60,468 nucleotides of DNA from Candidatus Omnitrophota bacterium (GCA_041661345.1 JBAZUO010000008.1:1-60468), one strand, 5' to 3'; shown: positions 1 through 9,602, counted from the stretch's first letter. Notes: generated from the letters alone by a model not told the origin. Numbers and translations are program-made.

Positions 1-1361
1 CCTTCATGAAATTTTACCGTGATCATCGTCGCTAGGATAAATGCGGTTAGTATCAGACCTATACCGTTGATTGAAAGTTTCTTGAGCCATCCCCTTGCTT
101 TATCCCGCTCGGCCCACCAGTGTCGAACCATGCCCAGCTGTGACAGGAAGAATGTTATAAAGACGTTTATTGCGTACAGAACCACAAGGAATTTAACGGA
201 ACCGCGGCTTAAGGTGATTAAGACGAGCGCCGCACCGCCCATTATCAAGACGCCGTTCTGGGTTACAAATCGCTCGCTTAATAAGGCGAATTGAAATGGG
301 AACCATCGATCCTGAGCCATATTTGCCAATACTCGGGGGCCGTCCAGAAAACCTGTCTGCGCGGCAACGCAAAGTAATACTGCTTCTGAAATTAAAGTGA
401 TTAAGACGAATATATAGCCCCACTGAGGATCCCAACCTGCAGTTACATTTTCAAGCAGAACAGCGTTCAAGGTCTTTCCGGGCGTGAGTTGTACCTTATA
501 TAATAGGTATCCTATCATAAGGCCGCCGGCCATGAATGCAAGTGATATTGCCATATAGCTCATGGTTTTTTTGGCTGTGTGGACCTTTGGCTCGCGAAGA
601 ATTGGTATGCCGTTGGAGACTGCCTCGATGCCTGTAAACGTTCCGGCTCCCATACTGTAAGCGCGCATTATGAGTAGAAGCATACCCACAATACCGAGCT
701 CAGCGCTGGTTGATTTGACCTCTACGCCGATCGAGCTTGAAATTGCGCCAAAATCCGAAAGGTGAGTTACCAGCGCATAAATTATAACAAAAACATGCGT
801 TGCTAAAAATATCAAAAATATCGGAACGAGCGGAAGGACGGATTCCTTAACACCACGAAGGTTCAATAGCACAAGCGCTAACAGTCCAATCATGGCAACA
901 GCGAGTTTGTAAGAATGGAAACTTTGCGGAAGGAAACTAAAGAGCGCGTCCGTGCCGCTTGCGATAGATAATGCTATCGTAAGGACGTAATCGACCAGAA
1001 GCGCACAGCCGGAGACCATGCCTAATGACGGAGATAGGAGTTTGCTGGCTACGAGGTAGCCTCCTCCCCCTGCGGGAAACAGTTCTATTATTTGAGAATA
1101 GCTTGCGCTTATTATAAAAATAGTAGCCGCAGTTGCAAGGGCGACAAATATCCCCAGAAATATGTGGGCTTTTAGCGCAAGGAACGCTTCCTCAGGTCCG
1201 TAACAGCAGGATGTAAGGCCGTCGGCCCCTAAGCCAACCCAGGCAAAAAATGCTATCAGCGAGATATTGTGAAAGAGGCCGGGTTCGTGAAGGCTTCTGG
1301 CCTTCCCTATGATCGCGCCTTTTATCCTGTTGAATGTGCTGTCGTCTTTTTTGCTATTCAT
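1..1361 (-). CDS. APC-superfamily amino acid permease/transporter; C-terminal end cut by window edge
   Basis: Absent from ORF track because no stop lies in the window. Manual reverse translation from ATG 1361-1359 gives MNSKKDDSTFNRIKGAIIGKARSLHEPGLFHNISLIAFFAWVGLGADGLTSCCYGPEEAF... This is an unbroken, strongly hydrophobic multi-TM frame down to nt 3. It lies 4 nt downstream of glnN on the same strand. Confidence 0.75.
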   Translation of the reverse strand, partial: MNSKKDDSTFNRIKGAIIGKARSLHEPGLFHNISLIAFFAWVGLGADGLTSCCYGPEEAFLALKAHIFLGIFVALATAATIFIISASYSQIIELFPAGGGGYLVASKLLSPSLGMVSGCALLVDYVLTIALSIASGTDALFSFLPQSFHSYKLAVAMIGLLALVLLNLRGVKESVLPLVPIFLIFLATHVFVIIYALVTHLSDFGAISSSIGVEVKSTSAELGIVGMLLLIMRAYSMGAGTFTGIEAVSNGIPILREPKVHTAKKTMSYMAISLAFMAGGLMIGYLLYKVQLTPGKTLNAVLLENVTAGWDPQWGYIFVLITLISEAVLLCVAAQTGFLDGPRVLANMAQDRWFPFQFALLSERFVTQNGVLIMGGAALVLITLSRGSVKFLVVLYAINVFITFFLSQLGMVRHWWAERDKARGWLKKLSINGIGLILTAFILATMITVKFHE

Positions 1362-1365
1362 GTTT

Positions 1366-3558
1366 TTACTTTATAAATAGCATTTCCCTGTATTTCGGCA
1401 GATCCCAATGTTCGTCGGAGACCACCTGTTCCAACTGATCTGCATGTTTACGGATATGTTCCATCATCGGCCTTAGTTTTTCGAAGTATATCGCCGCACG
1501 TTCTTCATGGTGTACCTTTTGGGCCTTCTCCACAAGCTTCATCATTTCTTTGGTGTTGTGCCGCACGTAATATATCTTAGTTGCTATTTCCACCAAGTGG
1601 TCTTTCAGATCATTGAATGCGGCCGTATTCGTTTTAAGGGCCGAGTTCTTTTTGAGGCTGGCTAGATCATTAAGATTGTCCGCAAGGAGTTTTTCATATT
1701 CATACCCGGCCGGAACGACGTTGGCATTGACCATTTCATTTAAAGTATTTGCCTCGATATCCAGGATCGTATCATAGGTATGCAGCCATATATGGTATCG
1801 TGCCACGATCTCTTCTTTCGAGAATACCTTATATTTTTCAAAGAGCCTTATATTTGCGTCTTTGGTTAACGCCTTGAGAGCCTGGGCGGTAGACGCTACA
1901 TTCGGCAGCCCTCGTTTCTTCGCCTCTTTTATCCACTCGGGGGCGTAGTTATTGCCCTCGAAGCGTATGTCTTTAGTCTCTTTCACTATCCGGGCTATTA
2001 CTTTTAAGGCAGCCGTATTAAAATCTTTATCCTTGGCGGCCTGTCTTATGTTTTCGGCAACATAATCGAGGGATTCGGCTATGATTGTGTTGATCACCGT
2101 AATGGGTGTGGATATGTTCTGAGATGACCCGACAGCCCTGAACTCGAACTTGGTTCCCGTGAACGCGAATGGCGAAGTCCTGTTCCTGTCGGTAGTGTCC
2201 TTGCTGAATTTCGGCAAGCGCGCGAGGCCAAAATCCATTATATCTTTTTTGGATACGGTTGTCTTTATGCCCTTCTCGAGCATATTTAAGATCCTGGTCA
2301 GTTGGTCACCAAGGAAGACGCTGATTATCGCCGGTGGCGCCTCGTTAGCACCCAGCCTGTGCTCGTTTCCCGCCATTGCGACACTGGCCCTTAAGAGGTC
2401 CGAATGAAGGTGCACGGCCCTGAGTACCGCCGCCAAGACCGCGAGAAACTGCAGATTCCCTTCCGGTGTCTCGCCCGGATTCAACAGATTATTCCCCTTG
2501 TCATCCGCCAGAGACCAGTTTATATGCTTACCGCTTCCGTTTATTCCCGCGAACGGTTTTTCATGAAGGAGACATACCATATTGTGTCTAAGCGCCACCT
2601 TTTTCATTATTTCCATCAATAGCTGATTATGGTCCGCGGCTATATTTGACTCCTCAAATATCGGCGCGAATTCATACTGGTGAGGCGCAACCTCATTATG
2701 CCTGGTCATCACCGGTATCCCCAATTTATATGCTTCTTCGGCTACTTCAAACATAAAATTGATGACGCGTTCCTTGATAGTACCGAAGTACTGGTCTTCT
2801 AACTGTTGGCCCTTGGGGGATGCCGCGCCGATGAGCGTGCGGCCGGTCATAACCAGGTCCTGCCTGAGATTATAGTAGTTCTTGTCTATGAGGAAATATT
2901 CCTGCTCCGGGCCGCAGGTCGAGAATACCTTCTTTGCATTTTTGCACCCGAAAAGTTTCAGAAGGCCTACGGCGGATTTACTGAGCGCGTCATCCGAGCG
3001 TAAGAGCGGCAATTTCTTGTCGAGCGCTTCCCCGTGATAGGATATGAATATCGTAGGAATGCACAGTGTCTTGCCGAGGCTGGACCCTATTATAAATGCC
3101 GGGCTGGACGGGTCCCATGCGGTATAGCCCCTGGCTTCGAAGGTTGCCCTGATGCCTCCCGATGGAAAACTTGATGCGTCGGGCTCGCCCTGTATGAGCT
3201 TGTTGCCGGAAAATTTCTCTATGACCTTTCCAGGGCCTGTTATCGATATGAAGCTGTCATGCTTTTCGGCTGTGAGCCCCGTCATCGGCTGGAACCAGTG
3301 CGTATAATATGTAGCGCCCTTGGACATTGCCCAGCTCTTCATAGCATCGGCTATCTCATTGGCCTGTTCGAGCGTTATTATAACGCCTTCGGACATCCAG
3401 CGTTTAAATGCTTCAAATGTGTTTTTGGAGATATGCTTCTTCATGGCTGACAGGCTGAACGTGTTCTCCCCAAAGTAAGAAGAAACTTTCTTCGGCAGCT
3501 CCTTATTCTGCAGATTAACGCTTTTGATTTTGAATAAGACCTTTTGTCTTACATTCAT
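1366..3558 (-). CDS. glnN: glutamine synthetase, type III
   Basis: 730-aa ORF. Length and sequence (YFGENTFS..., HWFQPMTG..., NGSGKHINWS) are characteristic of ~730-aa type III GS. Confidence 0.9.
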   Translation of the reverse strand: MNVRQKVLFKIKSVNLQNKELPKKVSSYFGENTFSLSAMKKHISKNTFEAFKRWMSEGVIITLEQANEIADAMKSWAMSKGATYYTHWFQPMTGLTAEKHDSFISITGPGKVIEKFSGNKLIQGEPDASSFPSGGIRATFEARGYTAWDPSSPAFIIGSSLGKTLCIPTIFISYHGEALDKKLPLLRSDDALSKSAVGLLKLFGCKNAKKVFSTCGPEQEYFLIDKNYYNLRQDLVMTGRTLIGAASPKGQQLEDQYFGTIKERVINFMFEVAEEAYKLGIPVMTRHNEVAPHQYEFAPIFEESNIAADHNQLLMEIMKKVALRHNMVCLLHEKPFAGINGSGKHINWSLADDKGNNLLNPGETPEGNLQFLAVLAAVLRAVHLHSDLLRASVAMAGNEHRLGANEAPPAIISVFLGDQLTRILNMLEKGIKTTVSKKDIMDFGLARLPKFSKDTTDRNRTSPFAFTGTKFEFRAVGSSQNISTPITVINTIIAESLDYVAENIRQAAKDKDFNTAALKVIARIVKETKDIRFEGNNYAPEWIKEAKKRGLPNVASTAQALKALTKDANIRLFEKYKVFSKEEIVARYHIWLHTYDTILDIEANTLNEMVNANVVPAGYEYEKLLADNLNDLASLKKNSALKTNTAAFNDLKDHLVEIATKIYYVRHNTKEMMKLVEKAQKVHHEERAAIYFEKLRPMMEHIRKHADQLEQVVSDEHWDLPKYREMLFIK

Positions 3559-5178
3559 TTATCGTTCCTCCTTGTATTTGTTGGTTATCGGCATTCTCCT
3601 GTCTTTGCCGAATGCCTTGGGAGTTATTTTTACGCCCGGAGGCGATTGTCTGCGTTTGTATTCGCTCTTATCTACCATATCGATCGTTTTTGTCACAACA
3701 TTTTTTTCGAACCCGAGTGCAATAATATCGTTTATACCCATATCCTCTTCTACGTAAGCCTTTAATATCTGATCGAGTGTTTCATACGGAGGTAAAGTAT
3801 CGCTATCTTTCTGGTCAGCCTTAAGCTCGGCAGTCGGTTCTTTAGTTAATATGGAATTCGGTATGACTTTGCCAATAGCGTTTCTGTATTTAGCCAATCT
3901 GTAGACTATCGTCTTTGGAACATCTTTGATCAAAGCAAACCCTCCGGCCATATCGCCGTAAAGGGTGGCGTAGCCGGTGCTCATCTCGGATTTATTTCCA
4001 GTCGTGAGAACCAGCCACCCAAACTTGTTCGACAATGCCATAAGTAGATTGCCTCTTATCCTGGCCTGCAGATTTTCCTCGGCGGTGTCCCTCCCATGTC
4101 CCTCAAATTTAGGCTCCAATGCCATGAGGTACAGTTTAAATATCTGCTCTATCGATATCGTGATGTATTTTACGCCCAGATCAGATGCTAATTCTTTAGC
4201 ATCGGCTTCAGATTGCGCGGATGAATATCTTGAAGGCATGTAAACGCCGATGACGTTGTCCTTGCCTAGGGCATCAACTGCAAGCGTTGCCACCAGGGCC
4301 GAATCGATTCCGCCGGATAGGCCGATCACGACTTTCTCAAATCCGTTTTTAGCGGTATAATCTTTAAGTCCTAAAAGAAGCGCCTGGTATATTTCCTCGG
4401 TGCTTTCAAGGGGCTTGATCTCTTTAAGCGGCTTGACGATGCCGGTATCGATGTTGATATCCGCCACCACCAGGTCTTCTCTAAAGGCCTCTGCCTTCGT
4501 CACCACCTTACCCGCCCTATCAACTATCATGCTCTGGCCGTCGAATACAAGCTCATCCTGTCCGCCAACCAGATTTGCGTAAGAAATAAATACCTTATTT
4601 GCCTTCGCCTCGCCCCTTATTACTTCTTCCCTCTCCTTTATCCTGCCGGCGTAATACGGAGAAGAGTTAATATTGACTATGAGTGCAGCGCCTTTCTTTG
4701 CCTGCTCGCGCACAGGGCCCTCGTGCCATATATCCTCACATATATTTACACCGAATGTAAGCTTGCCTACGCTGAAGACATTGTAACCATCCCCCGGACG
4801 GAAGTATCTCTTTTCGTCGAAGACGCCGTAGTTCGGTAAAAAAACCTTGTGGTATATTCCTACGATATCGCCTTTATAGATAACAGCGGCTGCATTATAT
4901 AGGCCGGATTTATCTCTATCCACGAATCCTATAACAACTATCATGTCGCCGACCGTTTTGGCAAGCCTCTTCAGTGCGGCGATATTGTCATCAACGAACC
5001 CTGTTTTTAGCAGCAGGTCCTCAGGAGGGTATCCTGTTATTGCGAGCTCCGGGAAAGACAATATGTTTACCCCGAGGCTATTCGCCTTGAGCATATTTTC
5101 GGTGATTTTTTTGCAGTTGCCTTCCAGACCGCCCACGGTTGTGTTGATTTGTGCTATGCCCAGTCTTATATTCTTCAT
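3559..5178 (-). CDS. nadE: NAD+ synthase (glutamine-hydrolysing)
   Basis: 539 aa. N-terminal carbon-nitrogen hydrolase domain plus C-terminal NAD synthetase with SGGIDS PP-loop. The stop abuts the glnN start. Confidence 0.92.
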   Translation of the reverse strand: MKNIRLGIAQINTTVGGLEGNCKKITENMLKANSLGVNILSFPELAITGYPPEDLLLKTGFVDDNIAALKRLAKTVGDMIVVIGFVDRDKSGLYNAAAVIYKGDIVGIYHKVFLPNYGVFDEKRYFRPGDGYNVFSVGKLTFGVNICEDIWHEGPVREQAKKGAALIVNINSSPYYAGRIKEREEVIRGEAKANKVFISYANLVGGQDELVFDGQSMIVDRAGKVVTKAEAFREDLVVADINIDTGIVKPLKEIKPLESTEEIYQALLLGLKDYTAKNGFEKVVIGLSGGIDSALVATLAVDALGKDNVIGVYMPSRYSSAQSEADAKELASDLGVKYITISIEQIFKLYLMALEPKFEGHGRDTAEENLQARIRGNLLMALSNKFGWLVLTTGNKSEMSTGYATLYGDMAGGFALIKDVPKTIVYRLAKYRNAIGKVIPNSILTKEPTAELKADQKDSDTLPPYETLDQILKAYVEEDMGINDIIALGFEKNVVTKTIDMVDKSEYKRRQSPPGVKITPKAFGKDRRMPITNKYKEER

Positions 5179-5894
5179 GACTTTTTTTTCATATTATCGA
5201 TAAGGATTATCGCTTCCGATATTTCACGCATAGTCTTTCTCATATCCATGCTCTGTTTCTGGATCTTACGGAAGGCCTCCTCCTCGGAGAGCTGTTCTTC
5301 ACGCATCAATATGCCCTTTGCTCTCTCTGTGGCTTTCCTGGTCTCAAGCTCTCCCTGTGCCGTTTTTGTCTTCACCATAAGCTCCGTATTTTCGATAACT
5401 ATTGCGGCCTGGCCTGCAACGGTTGTCATTATATCGATCTCTGTCTTGGTGAATTTATGCGGATAAGAGGTGTAGTTATTCAAAACGCCTATGACTTTTC
5501 CCTTTACGGCAAGCGGTACGGATAGCAGACTCTTTAACCCTTCCTTTGCGGCTATGTCTTTGTATCTGTATTCGCCTTCCTTGGATACATCGTATACGGC
5601 AAGCGGCTTATTCTCCATAGCGACCCTGCCGGCTATGCCATCGCCAATTTTAAGATTGGGCTTTTTATTATAAAGCTCGCTCATCGATTGCGTTGCCTTG
5701 AGGATCAGTTCCCGCGTTTTATCGTTAATTAGCATCAGCGAACATATCTTGGAGTCCATTATCTCCGCGGTTACGGTGACGATCAGCTTGAGTATGTCCT
5801 CAAGGTACAGGTTTGACGTGATCGTCCTGCTTACCCTTGATATCGCCTCAAACTGTTTAGCGTGCGATATCGTCCTTTTCTTTTTTTCAGCCAT
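5175..5894 (-). CDS. GAF and ANTAR domain-containing RNA-binding regulator
   Basis: 239 aa. GAF-like N-terminal two-thirds and a C-terminal ANTAR helical motif (ATERAKGILMREEQLSEEEAFRKIQKQSMDMRKTMREISEAII). 4-nt overlap with the nadE start. Confidence 0.8.
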   Translation of the reverse strand: MAEKKKRTISHAKQFEAISRVSRTITSNLYLEDILKLIVTVTAEIMDSKICSLMLINDKTRELILKATQSMSELYNKKPNLKIGDGIAGRVAMENKPLAVYDVSKEGEYRYKDIAAKEGLKSLLSVPLAVKGKVIGVLNNYTSYPHKFTKTEIDIMTTVAGQAAIVIENTELMVKTKTAQGELETRKATERAKGILMREEQLSEEEAFRKIQKQSMDMRKTMREISEAIILIDNMKKKS

Positions 5895-5898
5895 AAGT

Positions 5899-6852
5899 TC
5901 ACGTAGTGGGGTTTATATTTGTACCGAAGAATCTGCCTTTATCTTCTTTGTACATCTCCTGTATCCATCCATTATTTAAGCCCAAATCATGCGCTGCGTC
6001 AACTACATTCTTATATTCATCCTCGGTTACACCCCGAGAAATTTCCTTATAATTGCAGGATCTATAAGTAGGATAATATTGGCTCATTATGCTTAAACAT
6101 GTATCTGTCGAAATGTTTTCCTTGATAAATTTTAGCGACTCTATTGTACCCGATATGTTTTCAGGCAATGCCAGAAGCCTGATTATAAGTCCTTTTATGG
6201 CTATCCCATCATCGTCCAATATGAGGGTGCCTGTCTGCCTTTGCATTTCCAGCACGCTTTGCCTGTTATATTCCGTATATTTAGGGGCGCCTGAATACCT
6301 CTTTGCCATCTCATCGTCGGAATAGCGCATATCCGGCAGATATATATCAATGATCCCCCCAAGAAGACGTATCGTCTCGGCCAAATCGTAGCCGCTTGTA
6401 TTATATATTATGGGTATTTTAAGCCCCTTCTCGATCGCGATCTGGAGAGCAAGAAGTATCTGCGGTACGTAATGGGATGGGCTGACCAGGTTTATGTTGT
6501 GGCACCCGGATTTTTGCAGGTCGCACATTTTGGCCGCAAGCTTTTCTATTGTCATCTCCTGCCCCTGGTCAAGCTGACTAAAGTAATAGTTCTGGCAATA
6601 AACGCACTTCATGTTACAGTGCGAAAAGAATATTGTGCCGGATCCCTTACTGCCGGATATCGGGGGTTCCTCTCCGCGATGAACCATTGTGCTGTATATC
6701 TTTGGATTATGCCCTGCTCTGCAATAACCCAGCTTGCCGCTCATCCTGTTAACGCCGCATTTGCGCGGACATATCTTGCAATTTTTAAGCGAATCCGCAA
6801 ATAGCCCATTCGCTTTTTTTAAAAGTTCGATTTTATTATTTATTGAGGGCAC
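5899..6852 (-). CDS. radical SAM protein, PflX/COG1313-like activase family
   Basis: 317 aa with a GTG start. N-terminal CKICPRKC...GYC cysteine motif plus the CNMKCVYCQN radical-SAM CX3CX2C motif. Confidence 0.75.
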   Translation of the reverse strand: MPSINNKIELLKKANGLFADSLKNCKICPRKCGVNRMSGKLGYCRAGHNPKIYSTMVHRGEEPPISGSKGSGTIFFSHCNMKCVYCQNYYFSQLDQGQEMTIEKLAAKMCDLQKSGCHNINLVSPSHYVPQILLALQIAIEKGLKIPIIYNTSGYDLAETIRLLGGIIDIYLPDMRYSDDEMAKRYSGAPKYTEYNRQSVLEMQRQTGTLILDDDGIAIKGLIIRLLALPENISGTIESLKFIKENISTDTCLSIMSQYYPTYRSCNYKEISRGVTEDEYKNVVDAAHDLGLNNGWIQEMYKEDKGRFFGTNINPTT

Positions 6853-6902
6853 TTTTAATTACCTTGTGGGCATACGGCTGAAAGGGTGCGCAAAACAGCG
6901 CT

Positions 6903-7616
6903 TCATAATGAATCTGCTCTGTGGGTGATGTTCTTATCGATGAATTCCGCTATCGCCTTTTCTTTTTCCGGGGTGAGATGTATGAAGGATATACCCATAC
7001 CGGGATATGCGTGAGGCTGTATCTCTTTGTCGGCAAGCCACGAGACCTTACCGGCGGCTTCCAGCATAGTTGTTTGACCGGGGATGCCGAACTCCAGATC
7101 AAGGATGCTATTGATCGGAAATATATATGGGGTATAGATATACAGACCGGCGGCGCTGAGGTTTAACACGCTGCCGTCAAAGAGTTTCGGTTTACCCTGG
7201 CCTCCGACTATCCTGTATTTGACGCTTATATGTATTTCCAGCCGTTGAAATCTTCTTCTTAAATGGAGCTTGTCGACGCCCTCTTCACTGAAGCTGTTCA
7301 CGGCGGCTTCCTCGTCCGCGTATACTTCGAATACCGTTTCCAGTTTAACCGCCCTGAATAGTTCTATGACCGAAACAGGGACGTTTACGAATTTGAATTT
7401 TCCTTTGTGATTGAGGACGTTCTTATATGCTATTGTCAGGATCGACAGCCCATTATAGTCAACCATATCGGCATTCTCAAGATTGACTATTATGTTAATC
7501 TTCCCGGAACTGATCAGCCAGCCGACCATCTCGATTATGTCGGACGAGTTTATATCGATCTTCCCATCGATATCCATTATGTTTATGTTGTCAATTTCAC
7601 GTATGCGTATGGCCAT
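6903..7616 (-). CDS. STAS (anti-sigma-factor-antagonist-like) domain fused to a PilZ domain
   Basis: 237 aa. The N-terminal ~110 aa have a STAS/SpoIIAA-like pattern (MDIDGKIDINSS...VNLENADMVDYNGLSIL...). The C-terminal half carries PilZ motifs RRRFQR and NLSAAG. Confidence 0.7.
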   Translation of the reverse strand: MAIRIREIDNINIMDIDGKIDINSSDIIEMVGWLISSGKINIIVNLENADMVDYNGLSILTIAYKNVLNHKGKFKFVNVPVSVIELFRAVKLETVFEVYADEEAAVNSFSEEGVDKLHLRRRFQRLEIHISVKYRIVGGQGKPKLFDGSVLNLSAAGLYIYTPYIFPINSILDLEFGIPGQTTMLEAAGKVSWLADKEIQPHAYPGMGISFIHLTPEKEKAIAEFIDKNITHRADSL

Positions 7617-7634
7617 ATATCCTTTTGATGGAAG

Positions 7635-7772
7635 CTATTGTCTGAAGAAGAACGTGCTTACTCCCCGGCCCATCCTATTAACGTCTTTCCCCACACCGGA
7701 AACCGTCTCACCGCAGCCTGTCAGATAAACCGAAGTCATAAGCAATATCACGGCCAGAATAATTTTTTTCAT
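7635..7772 (-). CDS. entericidin EcnA/B-family small lipoprotein (45 aa)
   Basis: Below the ORF-track cutoff. Manual translation gives MKKIILAVILLMTSVYLTGCGETVSGVGKDVNRMGRGVSTFFFRQ*. It has an LTGC lipobox and an entericidin-like G.GKD...G motif. A GGAGGA Shine-Dalgarno lies 6 nt upstream of the ATG. Confidence 0.7.
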   Translation of the reverse strand: MKKIILAVILLMTSVYLTGCGETVSGVGKDVNRMGRGVSTFFFRQ

Positions 7773-7798
7773 ATACCATCCTCCGTATGATTGTAATG

Positions 7799-8317
7799 CT
7801 ACTTCATTAATTTAAGCGGCTCCTGCGGCTCACCGTCTTTCCTTATCTCAAAGTGAAGATGCGGTTGAATAAGTTTGTTTTGGGCGTTGCCGGTTTTACC
7901 GACAAACCCTATTAGCTCTCCCCTATGGACATTTTTTACGCCTTTTCCATTCCAATTAAGAAGGTGCCCGTAAATCGACTGACACCCATCCGGATGGTAG
8001 ATCATAACATATTTGCCGTAACCTGTCGGAACATTCCCGAAGAATGCCAGGCCGCTTCTTGCCGCATATACCGGCGCTCCGATCGGCGCAAAGATATCAA
8101 CTCCGGCATGGACGCGGCCGTTTCTTCTTTTGGCGCCGTAGTCACCGTCCCCAAATGAGTCATTTCTAACGACCAATTTATTGACCGGGCTATCTATCGG
8201 GCTTCTAAAATACGATTCGGTGGTTTTGAAGTATAGCACCGATACCGGCTGATATAACAATACTGTCGTCGCTACCGTTAGAAGTAATAGTATGAATATA
8301 ACGAAAAATGATCTCAT
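7799..8317 (-). CDS. M23 family metallopeptidase
   Basis: 172 aa with an N-terminal TM/signal region. HAGVDIFAP...GYGKYVMIYHPDG...PHLHFEIR zinc-binding motifs. Confidence 0.85.
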   Translation of the reverse strand: MRSFFVIFILLLLTVATTVLLYQPVSVLYFKTTESYFRSPIDSPVNKLVVRNDSFGDGDYGAKRRNGRVHAGVDIFAPIGAPVYAARSGLAFFGNVPTGYGKYVMIYHPDGCQSIYGHLLNWNGKGVKNVHRGELIGFVGKTGNAQNKLIQPHLHFEIRKDGEPQEPLKLMK

Positions 8318-8348
8318 GACCTTTGAATGAAGTTATTTATTATTGCAG

Positions 8349-8380
8349 AAAAAGCCATACCCCTCTTGAAGAATATGGCT
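8349..8380 (-). terminator. intrinsic terminator downstream of the 128-aa secreted protein gene
   Basis: 7-bp stem agccata (8353-8359) / tatggct (8374-8380), followed on the minus strand by a U-run (plus-strand A-run 8349-8353). Confidence 0.5.
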
Positions 8381-8398
8381 TTTTCTTTCTTTATTAAT

Positions 8399-8785
8399 TT
8401 ATTTCTGCGCAGCCTGTGGAGTCTCCGAGTTGGTAGTCTCGACCGCTTTTGCGTGAACGTTTACCGTCTCCTCTACCGCTTTCACAGTCGTATCGGCTGT
8501 GCCGGTAACAGGCTCGGTTACAAGTTCTTTCGTCTTTGCGATGTCTCCTGACGTAACCTGACCGACCGTTTTCACCTCTTTGGTGACTACGCTCGTCGTG
8601 CGCTTCGCAGTATCTACAACTACGCTAGCCGATTCGTTCGCTACATTGGCCGGATAGTTGAAGAGCTTCTGCCAGAAGTTCTTTGCCTTCGCTCCGGTTG
8701 TCTCATCGGCAGAATAAGAAACTGCGCTTAATACGAAACAAAAGGCCAGGGCGATACTTAAACATACTAACAATTTGGTTTTCAT
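8399..8785 (-). CDS. secreted hypothetical protein
   Basis: 128 aa with a signal peptide (MKTKLLVCLSIALAFCFVLSAVSYSA). Thr/Val/Ala-rich low-complexity mature part. AAGGAGG SD upstream. Confidence 0.6.
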   Translation of the reverse strand: MKTKLLVCLSIALAFCFVLSAVSYSADETTGAKAKNFWQKLFNYPANVANESASVVVDTAKRTTSVVTKEVKTVGQVTSGDIAKTKELVTEPVTGTADTTVKAVEETVNVHAKAVETTNSETPQAAQK

Positions 8786-8809
8786 TCTTTCCTCCTTTCC
8801 TATACATTT

Positions 8810-8838
8810 ATATTACTATAGTTTAAAATCTAATTCAA
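8810..8838 (-). promoter_or_regulatory. candidate sigma70 promoter (TTGAAT-17-TAATAT)
   Basis: On the minus strand, TTGAAT (8838-8833), a 17-nt spacer, then TAATAT (8815-8810). About 25 nt upstream of the ATG at 8785, with an intervening AAGGAGG. Confidence 0.3.
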
Positions 8839-8855
8839 CTAAATTATTCACTTCC

Positions 8856-9302
8856 TTATTTAAGCAGCCTCATTACGAGCTGGTTAATGGTCTTGCCGTC
8901 AGATCTACCCTTAACCTTTTCCATCACTGCCTTCATTACCTTTCCGGTCTCCGATTTTGTGACGGCTCCGGTAGTGCTGATCACCTCGCCGATTATCTTC
9001 GCCAGTTCCTCTTCACTAAGCTGTTTCGGCATATAGGAAACGAGTATTTCAAGCTCTGCCTTTTCTTTCTGAACCAGGTCGGGCCTATTACCTTTCTCAA
9101 ACTGTTCGATTGAATCCTTGTGTTGATTTACCTGTCTCTGCATTATCTGCAGGACGTCACCCTCAGATGCCTTTTTAAGCTTTTTGTTAATCTCATGGTT
9201 TTTTATCTCTGATAGCGCCATTCTCAGTACGGATAACTTTTTTGAGTCGCCGGATCTTAAGGCGGATTTAATATCCGCCTCTATTTTATTGTATAAGTCC
9301 AT
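8856..9302 (-). CDS. GatB/YqeY domain-containing protein
   Basis: MDLYNKIEADIKSALRSGDSKKLSVLRMALSEIKN... is a typical YqeY N-terminus. I chose the internal ATG at 9302, preceded by a GGAGGAG SD, over the track start at 9341. Confidence 0.8.
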   Translation of the reverse strand: MDLYNKIEADIKSALRSGDSKKLSVLRMALSEIKNHEINKKLKKASEGDVLQIMQRQVNQHKDSIEQFEKGNRPDLVQKEKAELEILVSYMPKQLSEEELAKIIGEVISTTGAVTKSETGKVMKAVMEKVKGRSDGKTINQLVMRLLK

Positions 9303-9371
9303 AGAAACACTCCTCCCCCCGCAGCTTGCCAAGCATTCCAAATATATATTATCAGAAAGGTGATAAGGGTA

Positions 9372-9575
9372 TTAGGAAACTTTAGCTACTTTTGTAGCCT
9401 GCTCACCCTTAGGTCCGTTTACGATATCGAATTGGACTTTGTCGCCTTCTTTTAAGGATTTATAGCCTTCGCCTTCTATAGCAGAATGATGTACGAACAC
9501 ATCTTTGCCAGTATCAGCTACTATGAACCCAAATCCCTTCTTGTCGTTGAACCACTTTACTGTGCCCTGCGCCAT
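9372..9575 (-). CDS. csp: cold-shock protein, CspA family
   Basis: 67 aa. [15 protein letters not shown] (RNP1) and VFVHHSAI (RNP2) motifs. Confidence 0.95.
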   Translation of the reverse strand: MAQGTVKWFNDKKGFGFIVADTGKDVFVHHSAIEGEGYKSLKEGDKVQFDIVNGPKGEQATKVAKVS

Positions 9576-9602
9576 CTTTACTTCTCACCCCCTTTCTAAT
9601 AC

